NCBI RefSeq assembly: GCF_003945235.1
Contig: NZ_RSDW01000001.1
Span: forward strand, 450,001 to 482,000
Origin: Edaphobacter aggregans
Lineage (GTDB): Bacteria > Acidobacteriota > Terriglobia > Terriglobales > Acidobacteriaceae
DNA length: 32,000 nucleotides
Direction of reading: 5' to 3'
Shown here: piece after piece, positions 8,303-18,680 of the stretch
Numbering within the stretch: the stretch's first letter is position 1
Layout: each line of letters opens with the position of its first letter
Made by a program: the position numbers and the translations under genes
The notes under the pieces: generated by a model
The model's input: the letters and a program-made list of their open reading frames with translations, nothing else
What the model was told of the DNA's origin: nothing
The model's database searches: none

Positions 8303-8668
8303 TTACGACCACTTCGCAGATTCCCAGAGATAAAGCTCGTTCCCATCCGGATCATTGAAGTGAACGAAGCTACCACCTTGATCGCGCTGAACCTCACCGA
8401 CATTCTTGACGCCCAGCGACTTCAGCCTCGTCGCGGCCACCTCAATCGGTTCGTCAATGCCCAATCCGATCATGATCGACCCCAATGTTCCCGGGGCAGG
8501 ATACTTATCCGACTTCGGATGCAACCCAATCATGAAAGACCCTGCTTCAACCGAAGCCCAGTGACCCCCATAATGGCTACTCACCTTCAGTCCAAGAACG
8601 TCTCCATAGAACTTCAAAGCCGTATCCATGTTCGCTACAAAGATGGTTGCATTGCCGCCGGTAATCAT
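8303..8668 (-). CDS. VOC (glyoxalase/bleomycin-resistance/dioxygenase) family protein
   Basis: 121 aa with a typical VOC pattern (FVANMDTALKFYGDVLGL...VHFNDPDGNELYLWE). AGGAGG lies 6 nt upstream. Sits between icd and mdh on the same strand. Confidence 0.8.
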   Translation of the reverse strand: MITGGNATIFVANMDTALKFYGDVLGLKVSSHYGGHWASVEAGSFMIGLHPKSDKYPAPGTLGSIMIGLGIDEPIEVAATRLKSLGVKNVGEVQRDQGGSFVHFNDPDGNELYLWESAKWS

Positions 8669-8685
8669 CGCGAACCTCCTGCGAT

Positions 8686-10089
8686 CTACCCCATATTCTC
8701 AATCATACGGCTAGCAAACTCACTCGTCTTGGCTTTGGTCGCGCCCTCCATCTGACGCTCGAAGTCGTATGTAACAAACTTCTGCTGAATCGTCTTCTCC
8801 ATCGACGATTCAATCAACCGCGCAGCCTCGCTCCAACCCAGGAAATCGAACAGCATCACACCAGACAGAATGACCGATCCGGGATTGATGACGTCCTTAT
8901 CCGCATACTTCGGCGCGGTACCGTGCGTGGCCTCAAAGACCGCATACCCGTCGCCGATATTAGCTCCCGGAGCAATCCCAAGCCCGCCAACCTGCGCAGC
9001 AGCAGCGTCAGAGATGTAGTCACCATTCAAGTTGGTAGTAGCCAGAACGGAGTAGTCCGACGGACGAATAATGATCTGCTGAAAGATCGAATCAGCAATA
9101 CGATCATTGACCAGAATCTTCTTCTTCCACTGTCCGTTACCATGCGACGTGCCGATCGCGGCAAGTATGCTCTTGACTTCGGCAATAACCTCGTCGCCAA
9201 ACTCCTTCGGAGCAAACTCGATACCCGGCTCAATCAACGCAGCGTTCTGCTCCGGCGTCAGGCCCGGATTCTGCTCAACGTTCCCAAGAATCCAGCTCTC
9301 ACGCTCCGTAACCGTATGCTCGCGGAACTCCTGCGTGGCAACCTCATACCCCCACTCGCGGAAAGCCCCCTCAGTGAACTTCTGAATATTTCCCTTATGC
9401 ACCAGCGTCACGGTCTTGCGTCCATTGTCCAGCGCATACTGGATCGCCGCTCGCACCAGCCGCTTCGACCCGGTAATCGAAATCGGCTTCACCCCGACAC
9501 CAGAGTCCAGCCGGATCTTCTTCTTGCCGCCCTTCAACATGTCGTCGTTGACAAAGGCAATAAACTTCGCAGCCTCAGGCGTACCCTCGCGGAACTCGAT
9601 GCCTGCGTAAATATCCTCCGTATTCTCGCGGAAGATCACAACGTCAAGCTTCTCCGGATGCTTCACTGGACTCGGCACGCCGCTGTAGTACTTCACCGGA
9701 CGCACGCACTGGTAAAGATCCATCAACTGCCGCAGAGCCACATTCAGCGAACGAATTCCACCACCCACCGGCGTAGTCAGCGGCCCCTTGATGGACACCC
9801 GAAAATCAACCGTAGCCTTCACCGTATCGTCCGGCAGCCAGTTCTGCGTCTGCCGATACGACTTCTCTCCGGCCAACACCTCGTACCACTTCACCGAGCG
9901 CTTGCCACCATACGCCTTCTCAACCGCTGCATCGAACACTCGTTGTGAAGCCTTCCAAATGTCGCGGCCCGTGCCATCGCCTTCAATAAAAGGAATAATT
10001 GGATTATCGGGAACAGTGTACTTACCGTTGGCATACTGAATTCCCTGACCGTCCGTCGGGACGGTGATACCGTTGTAACTTGCCTGCAT
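8686..10089 (-). CDS. icd: NADP-dependent isocitrate dehydrogenase (homodimeric type)
   Basis: 467 aa. Segments: [87 protein letters not shown]. Confidence 0.95.
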   Translation of the reverse strand: MQASYNGITVPTDGQGIQYANGKYTVPDNPIIPFIEGDGTGRDIWKASQRVFDAAVEKAYGGKRSVKWYEVLAGEKSYRQTQNWLPDDTVKATVDFRVSIKGPLTTPVGGGIRSLNVALRQLMDLYQCVRPVKYYSGVPSPVKHPEKLDVVIFRENTEDIYAGIEFREGTPEAAKFIAFVNDDMLKGGKKKIRLDSGVGVKPISITGSKRLVRAAIQYALDNGRKTVTLVHKGNIQKFTEGAFREWGYEVATQEFREHTVTERESWILGNVEQNPGLTPEQNAALIEPGIEFAPKEFGDEVIAEVKSILAAIGTSHGNGQWKKKILVNDRIADSIFQQIIIRPSDYSVLATTNLNGDYISDAAAAQVGGLGIAPGANIGDGYAVFEATHGTAPKYADKDVINPGSVILSGVMLFDFLGWSEAARLIESSMEKTIQQKFVTYDFERQMEGATKAKTSEFASRMIENMG

Positions 10090-10163
10090 GTGTGTTTGGC
10101 TCCACGTGAAGATTACGCGAAGGCTATCACCGCCACGATACGAGTGGCAACCTAAGGGTGCGC

Positions 10164-10943
10164 TTATCGAACGAGATAGTAGTCAATCGTAGAAACTACA
10201 CGCACCTTCTTCATCATGCTGGCATCCGCTTGCTGTTCCCCGCCTCCGCCCACCTCTTCGTTCGGAGTAGAAGCGCCACCAGCGTCCGCCGCGGAGATCG
10301 AAAACACCCCTTGATTCGCCGACCTGATAGCCCCCACATGACTCCCCGAATCCGCCGCAAACCGATCTGCCGCTGCCCGCGCATTCTTCGTCGCCTCAGT
10401 AATCATGTCAGGCTTCAGAGCATTGAGCCCGTTGAACCTATACCCAATTCCCTGCCCATAACCACCTCCGACGACAATCCCAGCCTGCACCAGTTCCGCC
10501 GTCTTTTGTCCTGCACGCGCAATCTTGTCCACGTCCGACGAATGCACCGTAACCGTCTGCTGCACAACATAACGCGGTCCGGTGGGATTATTGCCAAATT
10601 CATTGGCTTGTTTATCGGTCACCTGAATCTGACCGATCGTGATCTCCTGCAGCGTAATTCCCTGGTCCGCCATAAACTTCAAAACAGCATTCTTATCCGA
10701 TTCGCTCTTGGCAAAAACCTGCGGCAGATCGTTACCCGCCTCCTTGAACATCACCGGCCAGATAGCTGAGTCAGACTTCACCGTCCGCTCCACCAACCCC
10801 TTGACCGTGACATACCGGTCGGCAAGCTTGATGTCCCTGATCTGCGAACCAAGCACCCAGCCACCGATCGCCAACCCAAGCAACAGACACAGGCCAAGCA
10901 CAGTAGCAGAAGCAAATGAATGAGAAAATCGTTGGTTGTCCAA
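10164..10943 (-). CDS. SIMPL (DUF541) domain protein, N-terminally membrane-anchored
   Basis: Family call from overall pattern (...[15 protein letters not shown]...[17 protein letters not shown]...[11 protein letters not shown]). The preferred start is TTG 10943, with GGAGG 8 nt upstream. The track ATG at 11027 lies inside the glnA terminator hairpin. Confidence 0.75.
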   Translation of the reverse strand: MDNQRFSHSFASATVLGLCLLLGLAIGGWVLGSQIRDIKLADRYVTVKGLVERTVKSDSAIWPVMFKEAGNDLPQVFAKSESDKNAVLKFMADQGITLQEITIGQIQVTDKQANEFGNNPTGPRYVVQQTVTVHSSDVDKIARAGQKTAELVQAGIVVGGGYGQGIGYRFNGLNALKPDMITEATKNARAAADRFAADSGSHVGAIRSANQGVFSISAADAGGASTPNEEVGGGGEQQADASMMKKVRVVSTIDYYLVR

Positions 10944-11010
10944 AGAGATTGCCTCCGCCGAACCGACAGCAGAAGAATGCAGCAGCCTCGCTACCTTGTC
11001 AACGCCACAA

Positions 11011-11037
11011 ACAAAAAGCCCCGGCACATACCGGGGC
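11011..11037 (-). terminator. Rho-independent terminator of glnA
   Basis: The minus strand reads GCCCCGG-tatgtg-CCGGGGC followed by TTTTTGTTTG, 26 nt downstream of the glnA stop. Confidence 0.8.
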
Positions 11038-11062
11038 TCTCGTCATAAGGATTCTCCCGAAG

Positions 11063-12490
11063 CTAGAAAATATTCCAAAGCAACTGATTGTAAACATCGT
11101 GGTGGAACTGCACCTCAGGTGCCTTGACGATCGTGCCCAACAGACGCGGGCAGCGATCCGCCGAAGCCTGCTTCAGGTCGGCATAACGCCCCTTCACATC
11201 CGCACCGAGCAACTTCGTCGTCCACTCCGCCGCACGGAAATTCTCAAGAGCGGTGTAGACGTTGTCCGGCAAGTACCGTTCCGCCTGACGCAGATTCTTG
11301 ATCTTCGCCGTCTCGCCATGCAGGCCGGTCTTGAAGATCGAGTACAGCACCAGGTAAGGATTCGCATCCGGCCCAACCGAACGGACCTCAACGCGCGCCG
11401 ACTTCTCGTTGCCGATCGGAATCCGGATCATCGAGCCGCGATCCACTGCCGAAGCCTTCAGCTGGTTCGGAGCCTCAAAGTGAGGATCAAGCCGCCGATA
11501 AGCATTCACGCTGGCATTCAGCAGCAGGCAAAGATCGTTGCCATGCGTCAGAATGCGATCCGTAAACTGCCAAGCGAGCTTCGAAATCTTCTCCTCGCCC
11601 TTCGGATCCCAGAAGATGTTCTTGCCGTTCTTCGTAATCGAAACATTGGTGTGCATGCCGCTACCGTTGACGCCGACAACCGGCTTCGGCAGGAAGCTCG
11701 CCGTCATGCCCATCTGCGTAGCAACCTGACGGCAGATCAGCTTGTACAACTGAATCTGGTCGGCAGCAGCAACCACTTCACCATAGCTGTAGTTGATCTC
11801 GAACTGCGAAGGCGCAACCTCAGGATGGTCCTTCTCGTTTTCGAAGCCCATCGCCCGCTGAACCTCAGCCGTCGTATCGATGAACTCACGCAGCGGATCG
11901 CCCGGCAGCGAGTGATAGTAGCCGCCCTTGTTGACATACTCGAACGCACCCGTCTCATGGTAGCGGCGCTCAGCATCGATACCCTCAAACAGGAATCCTT
12001 CAATCTCGTTGGCTGCGTTCAGCGTATAACCCTGGGTCTTATAGAGCTCCGTAGAGAGCTCTTTCAAAACGCCGCGAATGTCCGCGCTATACGTGGTGCC
12101 GTTCTTATCGATCACCTCGCCGAACACCATCACCTTGCCTGCGCCAAACACGTCAGCCGGAACCCAGTAGAACGCGCTCCAGTCGATGCCCAACCGCAGA
12201 TCGCTCTCACGCTGCGCGGTAAAGCCACGGATCGACGAGCCGTCGAACGTTAGGTTGTCATAGCTCTTGACCAGGAACTTCTTGTCGTAATCGAGCATGT
12301 GCAGGCGGCCTTCAAGATCGCTGAACAGCACGGTAACGGCCTTAATCCGCTTCTCGTCGGTCAGGTACTTCAGGCGCTCTTCCTGAATCACATCGGCGGC
12401 GACGCGCTTCTTGCGCTGCTCTTTGGCCTGCAGGTTCAGGTCTTCCAGCTCTGCGTACGGAAGTTCCAGAAATTCACGAAATTCGCTCAA
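11063..12490 (-). CDS. glnA: Glutamine synthetase (GlnA family, type I-like; no obvious adenylylation Tyr motif)
   Basis: Motifs: FDGSSIRGF, EVAPSQFEINY, GSGMHTNVS, NAYRRLDPHFEAP, DRGSMIRIP, EVRSVGPDANPYL. TTG start at 12490 with AGGAG 7 nt upstream. Confidence 0.9.
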   Translation of the reverse strand: MSEFREFLELPYAELEDLNLQAKEQRKKRVAADVIQEERLKYLTDEKRIKAVTVLFSDLEGRLHMLDYDKKFLVKSYDNLTFDGSSIRGFTAQRESDLRLGIDWSAFYWVPADVFGAGKVMVFGEVIDKNGTTYSADIRGVLKELSTELYKTQGYTLNAANEIEGFLFEGIDAERRYHETGAFEYVNKGGYYHSLPGDPLREFIDTTAEVQRAMGFENEKDHPEVAPSQFEINYSYGEVVAAADQIQLYKLICRQVATQMGMTASFLPKPVVGVNGSGMHTNVSITKNGKNIFWDPKGEEKISKLAWQFTDRILTHGNDLCLLLNASVNAYRRLDPHFEAPNQLKASAVDRGSMIRIPIGNEKSARVEVRSVGPDANPYLVLYSIFKTGLHGETAKIKNLRQAERYLPDNVYTALENFRAAEWTTKLLGADVKGRYADLKQASADRCPRLLGTIVKAPEVQFHHDVYNQLLWNIF

Positions 12491-12885
12491 CGTATTGCTC
12501 CTTCTGCAATGAAATACACGGCTACCGCAACGGCTGGGACAAGATAATTTTCAGGTGAGTTGAAGAGGGCCCGCCCGACGCTGCGCCAGACGGCTCTACA
12601 CCTCAAAACTAACAGAAATTCGCACACGAAAAAAGCAATATCCCTCAATTTTCGCCGCAAACCGTCGTCCTATCCCACAACCGTCAAATCTCTGCCGTAA
12701 CCAGGTCAGTGTCGAGACGAACTTTCACCATGGGAAAGGAGGCGTCACATCTGTTTCAAGCTAGCTTTACTTCGCCGATTTCTTTGTTGCGCTCGCCTTA
12801 GGCTTGCCTCCTGTTAAGTTTCAGCAAGAAGCGCCATGCGCCACGTTGTCATAACGGTCCAGCCTATAAAATAAACAGGATTGCC

Positions 12886-13845
12886 ATGGCTAAAAACTCG
12901 ACCAAACGCGTCGCCCTCATCCAGATGTCCTGTGCTCCGGACACCCAGCTCAACCTAGACAAGGCCGCCGAGCGCGTCTACGAAGCCGCCGCCCAGGGAG
13001 CAACCCTCGTCTGCCTCCCCGAGCTCTTCCGCGCCCAATACTTCTGCCAGCGCGAAGACCACGCCCTCTTCGACCTCGCCGAGCCCATCCCGGGCCCCTC
13101 GACCGACGTCCTCACCCGCGTCTGTTGCGAAACCGGCGTCGTCCTCGTAGCCTCCCTCTTCGAGCGCCGCGCCCCCGGCCTCTACCACAACACCGCCGTC
13201 ACCATCGAAAAGGACGGCCGCATCGCCGACATCTACCGCAAGATGCACATCCCCGACGACCCTCTCTACTACGAGAAGTTCTACTTCACCCCCGGCGATC
13301 TCGGCTTCAAATCCACGCAAACCACGCAAGGCCCCATCGGCACTCTCGTCTGCTGGGACCAGTGGTACCCCGAAGGCGCCCGCCTCACCGCCCTCCGCGG
13401 CGCCGAAGTCCTCTTCTTCCCCACCGCCATCGGCTGGCACCCCTCCGAAAAAGAAGAGTACGGGAGCGCCCAATACGAAGCCTGGCAGACCGCCCAGCGC
13501 GCCCACGCCATCGCCAACGGAGTCTTCGTCTGCGCCGTCAACCGCGTAGGCCACGAGCACGGCGACGTCAAATTCAAAGCCCCCGCCGCCGACGGCAACC
13601 CCGCAACAGTCGAACTCCGCGGCCCCGGCGACCACACCCCCCACTCCGGCATCGAATTCTGGGGCGGAAGCTTCATAGCCGACCCCTTCGGCCGCATCAT
13701 CGCCCTGGCCAGCCATGACAAAGAAGAGATCCTCTACGCCGACCTCGACCCCAAGCTCATCGAAGTCACCCGCCAGCACTGGCCCTTCCTACGCGACCGC
13801 CGCATCGACGCCTACGAAGGCATAGCCAAACGCTTTCTCGATTAG
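12886..13845 (+). CDS. aguB: Carbon-nitrogen hydrolase (nitrilase superfamily), N-carbamoylputrescine amidase-like
   Basis: Catalytic context: LVCLPELF (Glu), YRKMHIPD (Lys), GTLVCWDQWYPE (Cys). AguB-like overall, with an extra insert DVKFKAPAADGNPATVELRGPGDHTPHS. The symbol is tentative. Confidence 0.8.
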   Translation: MAKNSTKRVALIQMSCAPDTQLNLDKAAERVYEAAAQGATLVCLPELFRAQYFCQREDHALFDLAEPIPGPSTDVLTRVCCETGVVLVASLFERRAPGLYHNTAVTIEKDGRIADIYRKMHIPDDPLYYEKFYFTPGDLGFKSTQTTQGPIGTLVCWDQWYPEGARLTALRGAEVLFFPTAIGWHPSEKEEYGSAQYEAWQTAQRAHAIANGVFVCAVNRVGHEHGDVKFKAPAADGNPATVELRGPGDHTPHSGIEFWGGSFIADPFGRIIALASHDKEEILYADLDPKLIEVTRQHWPFLRDRRIDAYEGIAKRFLD

Positions 13846-13887
13846 CTAGCTGCTAAGTGAGCTTTTAGTGCCAGACCCATACAAAAC

Positions 13888-14151
13888 ATGCATGCCACAG
13901 GACGAGCGTCTGTGCCATGCACGTTTGTATCCTTGTCTATTAGATTCCTCACGTACAATTGCGCGGTGCGAGATAAGACTTTCCACCTCTTACAGCCGAT
14001 AATGACATCCTGCGCCATCATTGCGGTCATCTTTGGTCTGATGGTTCCAAGGTTAGTAAAAGACACTTCTACCCGGAAAGCCATCATCATGGTGATATCT
14101 ATCGGAGGTGGCAGCGCCTATCTCTTTGCGCGCCGTAAATATCTAAGTTAA
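13888..14151 (+). CDS. Hypothetical small membrane protein (possibly only the 49-aa version starting at ATG 14002)
   Basis: Low-GC ORF with two hydrophobic stretches (CAIIAVIFGLMV and AIIMVISIGGGSAYLF) and a basic tail ARRKYLS. Its stop codon abuts repeat R1. No SD and no homology that I recognise. Confidence 0.25.
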   Translation: MHATGRASVPCTFVSLSIRFLTYNCAVRDKTFHLLQPIMTSCAIIAVIFGLMVPRLVKDTSTRKAIIMVISIGGGSAYLFARRKYLS

Positions 14152-14241
14152 GCCGGGTGCCCGATTCATGCAGTCTCATCGCATGAGTGGGACATTCGCT
14201 CGAAAGCGAACAGTTTCCCTAAGCCTGCGACATAGTTCGTG
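14152..14241. repeat. Interspersed ~90-nt repeat, copy R1
   Basis: gccgggtgcccgattcatgcagtctcatcgcatgagtgggacattcgctcgaaagcgaacagtttccctaagcc... aligns with R2 (14371-14462) along its whole length and with R0 (2975-3064) at the conserved flanks. Confidence 0.7.
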
Positions 14242-14370
14242 GCGCTCATCTTGAGCGCGCATGATCGCGCGAAGGTGGGGATGTATCTACTTTGGAGCGG
14301 GAAACGAACCGCCTAGCCTAAACCAATCCAACCTCACGCTCCGCCTGTCTCCCCCAAAAACGCAAACTGA

Positions 14371-14462
14371 GCGGGTGCCCGTTCGTGCACTCTCATCGCC
14401 TGAGTAACATTCGCTCAACGCACGAATAGCCTTCCCTAAATCACACCCGAAACAGTTCGGAT
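14371..14462. repeat. Interspersed ~90-nt repeat, copy R2 (direct orientation relative to R1, about 220 bp apart)
   Basis: gcgggtgcccgttcgtgcactctcatcgcctgagtaacattcgctcaacgcacgaatagccttccctaaatc...gaaacagttcgg aligns with R1. Confidence 0.7.
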
Positions 14463-14787
14463 GCCCATCATCACTAAGGGTAGGCATCAGCGTCAGGGCC
14501 ACAAAACCTGTCAAGCCCTAATTCCACCTAAACCACATAAAATCATACACATCCACCTGGCCGAGTAATTCCCCCAGCTAGTTATACTTAAACAAGTAGA
14601 AGTAAGGAAGGCCATATTCAGAACAGATTTTTCTCCTTTGCAATGAATACTTTACGCAAGACCCATCGACTCAAGTAACTGATTGTAGATACTTTACCTA
14701 CTTTAACCCAGGGGTAAGTATACCGAAACGGACGGGTCGAGAATCATCCATCATCAGGGGTCTCAGGAAGAGAGCGAAAGCGACACG

Positions 14788-15735
14788 TCATCCTTGAGTG
14801 GATGCGTAGGACGCAGTTTGGTAGTGGGAGCCGGTGGTCATGAGGTTCTCTATTTCTTCCAGAGCTTGAATGCCACCTCGTGCTCCTATGGCGGTGCAGT
14901 TGAGGGCAGCGGCGGCGCAGGCGAAGTCGAGCTGGCGATCGAGGGACCAGTCCTGAAGGAGTCCGTAGATGAAGCCAGCGTGGAAGATGTCGCCGGCTCC
15001 GGTGGTATCGAGCACGGGAACGTGGTAGGCGGGGGTATGGAGGAGCTGGTTGCCATCCCAGGCGAGGACGCCGTCATGGCCAAGGGTTGCAGCGGCAAGG
15101 CGGCTTCCGTAGCGGCGGTGCATCTGGCGCAGGGCCTGTTCCAGGTCAGCCTCATGCATGAGGCGTGTGGGAAAATCGCGGCTGACAATGAGGTAGTCAA
15201 CGTTGGCGAGGAGGTCTTCGACGCCAGGATAGAGTTCGTCGAGATCGGCGATGACTGGGACTCCAGCAGCTCGTGCCCAGGCGGAGGCCGTAATGGCGGC
15301 CTCGGTGTCGAAGCCGTCAACGTGAAGGGCGCGGGCGTTGACGATCCATTCGCGGTCGAGCTCGGCGGGGCGGAGAGTCAGGCGTTCGTCTCGGCGGCAC
15401 AGGACGGTGCGCTCGCCTTCGGCATCGACGAGGATGAGGGACTGGGCGCTAGCTCCGCCGGGGACGGTAATAATGCGGGTTTCGACGCCCGCGTGGGTGA
15501 AGGCTTCGCGATGGAGGGTCGCAGCGAGGTCGTCGCCGAGTTTGCCGACGTAGCGGGTGCGCATGCCCCAATGCTGGCAGGCGACGACGGTGGTCGCGAC
15601 TTGTCCGCCGGGTAGGGTGCTGACGGCGGAGTATTCGGTCTTGGAGCCGCGGGTGGGGTATGTGGAGAGAGGGATAACGGTGTCTGTTGCGTTCAGTCCG
15701 ACGCCGACAAGGTCAACCTTCGACGCTTTCGCCAT
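14788..15735 (-). CDS. PfkB-family carbohydrate kinase (ribokinase/ketohexokinase-like)
   Basis: N-terminal VGVGLNATD and C-terminal DTTGAGDIFHAGFIYG (the PfkB signature), then AAAALNCTAIGARGG. I cannot determine substrate specificity. Confidence 0.85.
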   Translation of the reverse strand: MAKASKVDLVGVGLNATDTVIPLSTYPTRGSKTEYSAVSTLPGGQVATTVVACQHWGMRTRYVGKLGDDLAATLHREAFTHAGVETRIITVPGGASAQSLILVDAEGERTVLCRRDERLTLRPAELDREWIVNARALHVDGFDTEAAITASAWARAAGVPVIADLDELYPGVEDLLANVDYLIVSRDFPTRLMHEADLEQALRQMHRRYGSRLAAATLGHDGVLAWDGNQLLHTPAYHVPVLDTTGAGDIFHAGFIYGLLQDWSLDRQLDFACAAAALNCTAIGARGGIQALEEIENLMTTGSHYQTASYASTQG

Positions 15736-15794
15736 GGTTTTACTGTAAATGAATTGGAAGTGTCTTGCGGGTCCGTGGTGGCGGATTGGACGGG

Positions 15795-16535
15795 TTATGC
15801 CTCACCCAGTCGTTCGGCTATGGCGGGGAGGGCTTGGGTGGCTGTGCTGAGGATGACTTCGTCAAAGGCATCGATGTTTTGCGGCTCCTCGGGCCCCACG
15901 TAAACGGTTCGGATGCCTCGCTGGTTGGCTAAATGCACGAAACCGGCGGCGGGATAGACAGAGCCGGAGGTGCCTATGACGAGGAGAATGTTAGCGCGGT
16001 CCAGTTCGCGGTAGATGGCGTCCATGTCGAGAGGGATTTCGCCAAACCAGACGATGTGCGGGCGTACGGTGGCGTGGCAGGTCTTGCAGACGGGAAGATC
16101 ATTGGGGTCTTCGTAGAGCGCGTGGTCGGAGAAGTGCTCGTTGGAGCGGGTGCAGCGGGATTGGAAGAGACTGCCGTGCATGTGGTGGATGCGACGAGAA
16201 CCAGCACGCTCATGGAGGTCGTCTACGTTTTGGGTGCAGAGGTAGAAGTTGTCTGAGTTGATTGTGGCGAGGTGTTGCTCGATTTGGGCCAGAGCTTTGT
16301 GAGCTGCATTGGGCTGTGCTGCGAGAGCATCGCGGCGACGCTGGGAATAGAAGCGCCAGACGAGGGCAGGGTCGGCTTGCCACGCTTCGTAGGTGGCCAC
16401 TTCTTCGACGCGATGGCCATCCCAGAGGCCTCCGCTGCCGCGGAAGGTGGCGAGGCCGCTTTCCGCGGAGATGCCCGCTCCGGTTAGGACGAAAAGACGG
16501 TCTTGGAGAGAGAGGTGCATGAGTTGTCTCTTCAT
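15795..16535 (-). CDS. cobB: NAD-dependent protein deacylase, Sir2 family
   Basis: Motifs: LTGAGISAESGLATFRG, TQNVDDLHERAG, HMHGS, zinc-site cysteines C..C (CTRS...CKTC), VWFGE, GTSGSVYPAA. The start is either ATG 16535 or 16520. The track start at 16625 is an unlikely extension. Confidence 0.9.
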   Translation of the reverse strand: MKRQLMHLSLQDRLFVLTGAGISAESGLATFRGSGGLWDGHRVEEVATYEAWQADPALVWRFYSQRRRDALAAQPNAAHKALAQIEQHLATINSDNFYLCTQNVDDLHERAGSRRIHHMHGSLFQSRCTRSNEHFSDHALYEDPNDLPVCKTCHATVRPHIVWFGEIPLDMDAIYRELDRANILLVIGTSGSVYPAAGFVHLANQRGIRTVYVGPEEPQNIDAFDEVILSTATQALPAIAERLGEA

Positions 16536-16934
16536 TCTAATGATGGATTTTTGAAGAGAACAATCACATGGGCCTATTTCGATCAAACGGCAGATTCCTA
16601 CGCTGCGCTGCGGAAATGGCAGCAAGCAACGGCGAGGGATAACGCGAATTTCCCGTATTGCAAATGCGACTCGGTGACGGCGATTCTCCCAAAAACCGGA
16701 AGCGGGCGGTGTCGTCGATATCGGAGTCTAAGGGGACGGCGTTGGGATCGTGGTCGGGTACAGCGACAAATTGATCGCGGAGACGCGAGCGATTCGAGAG
16801 CCGAAGCCTCCGGGGAGGCTTGCTGAAGCACCGTTTTCGAGAGTGCCCTTGAGACCGGAGAGATCGGCATAGGAGCCAACACGGCTGTCGGTGCGACGCC
16901 AAGCTTTTTACCGCGATATCTGGGGCCCCACTGC

Positions 16935-16961
16935 GCCACTCACGATGAAACTGTGAGTGGC
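16935..16961 (-). terminator. Stem-loop downstream of eno (possible terminator, no U-tract)
   Basis: GCCACTCAC-9 nt-GTGAGTGGC (perfect 9-bp stem), about 55 nt after the eno stop. It is not followed by a T-run on the minus strand. Confidence 0.3.
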
Positions 16962-17016
16962 TTCGGTCGGAATGACGTGGTTTTGCGGTGGTAGCCGGTT
17001 TGGGTTGACTGAGCTA

Positions 17017-18588
<1,572 letters not shown>

Positions 18589-18680
18589 TTAGGCGGGCGG
18601 CTACCCTTTTAGCAGAGATTCGAGCGCGCTTAGTTTGGGACTCGTGTCTGGATTTCCAGTTCTTGATTGAGGGTGTTGCC

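Noticed and set aside
10944-11027. The longer SIMPL ORF starting at ATG 11027. Similar long N-terminal extensions appear in the track for eno (to 18525), cobB (to 16625), the dipeptidase (from 3406), the secreted cyclophilin (from 5838) and the 83-aa membrane protein (to 23336).
   Set aside because: ATG 11027 lies in the loop of the glnA terminator hairpin. For the other genes, internal starts with good SD motifs or family-typical N-termini (for example [20 protein letters not shown] for enolase) are far more plausible.
12491-12540. Possible sigma-54 (-24/-12) promoter upstream of glnA, around ...GCCGTGTATTTCATTGCA... on the minus strand.
   Set aside because: The TTGCA element is present, but the GG dinucleotide is not at the required spacing (GT instead of GG). 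The element would also sit almost on top of the SD. This is not convincing.
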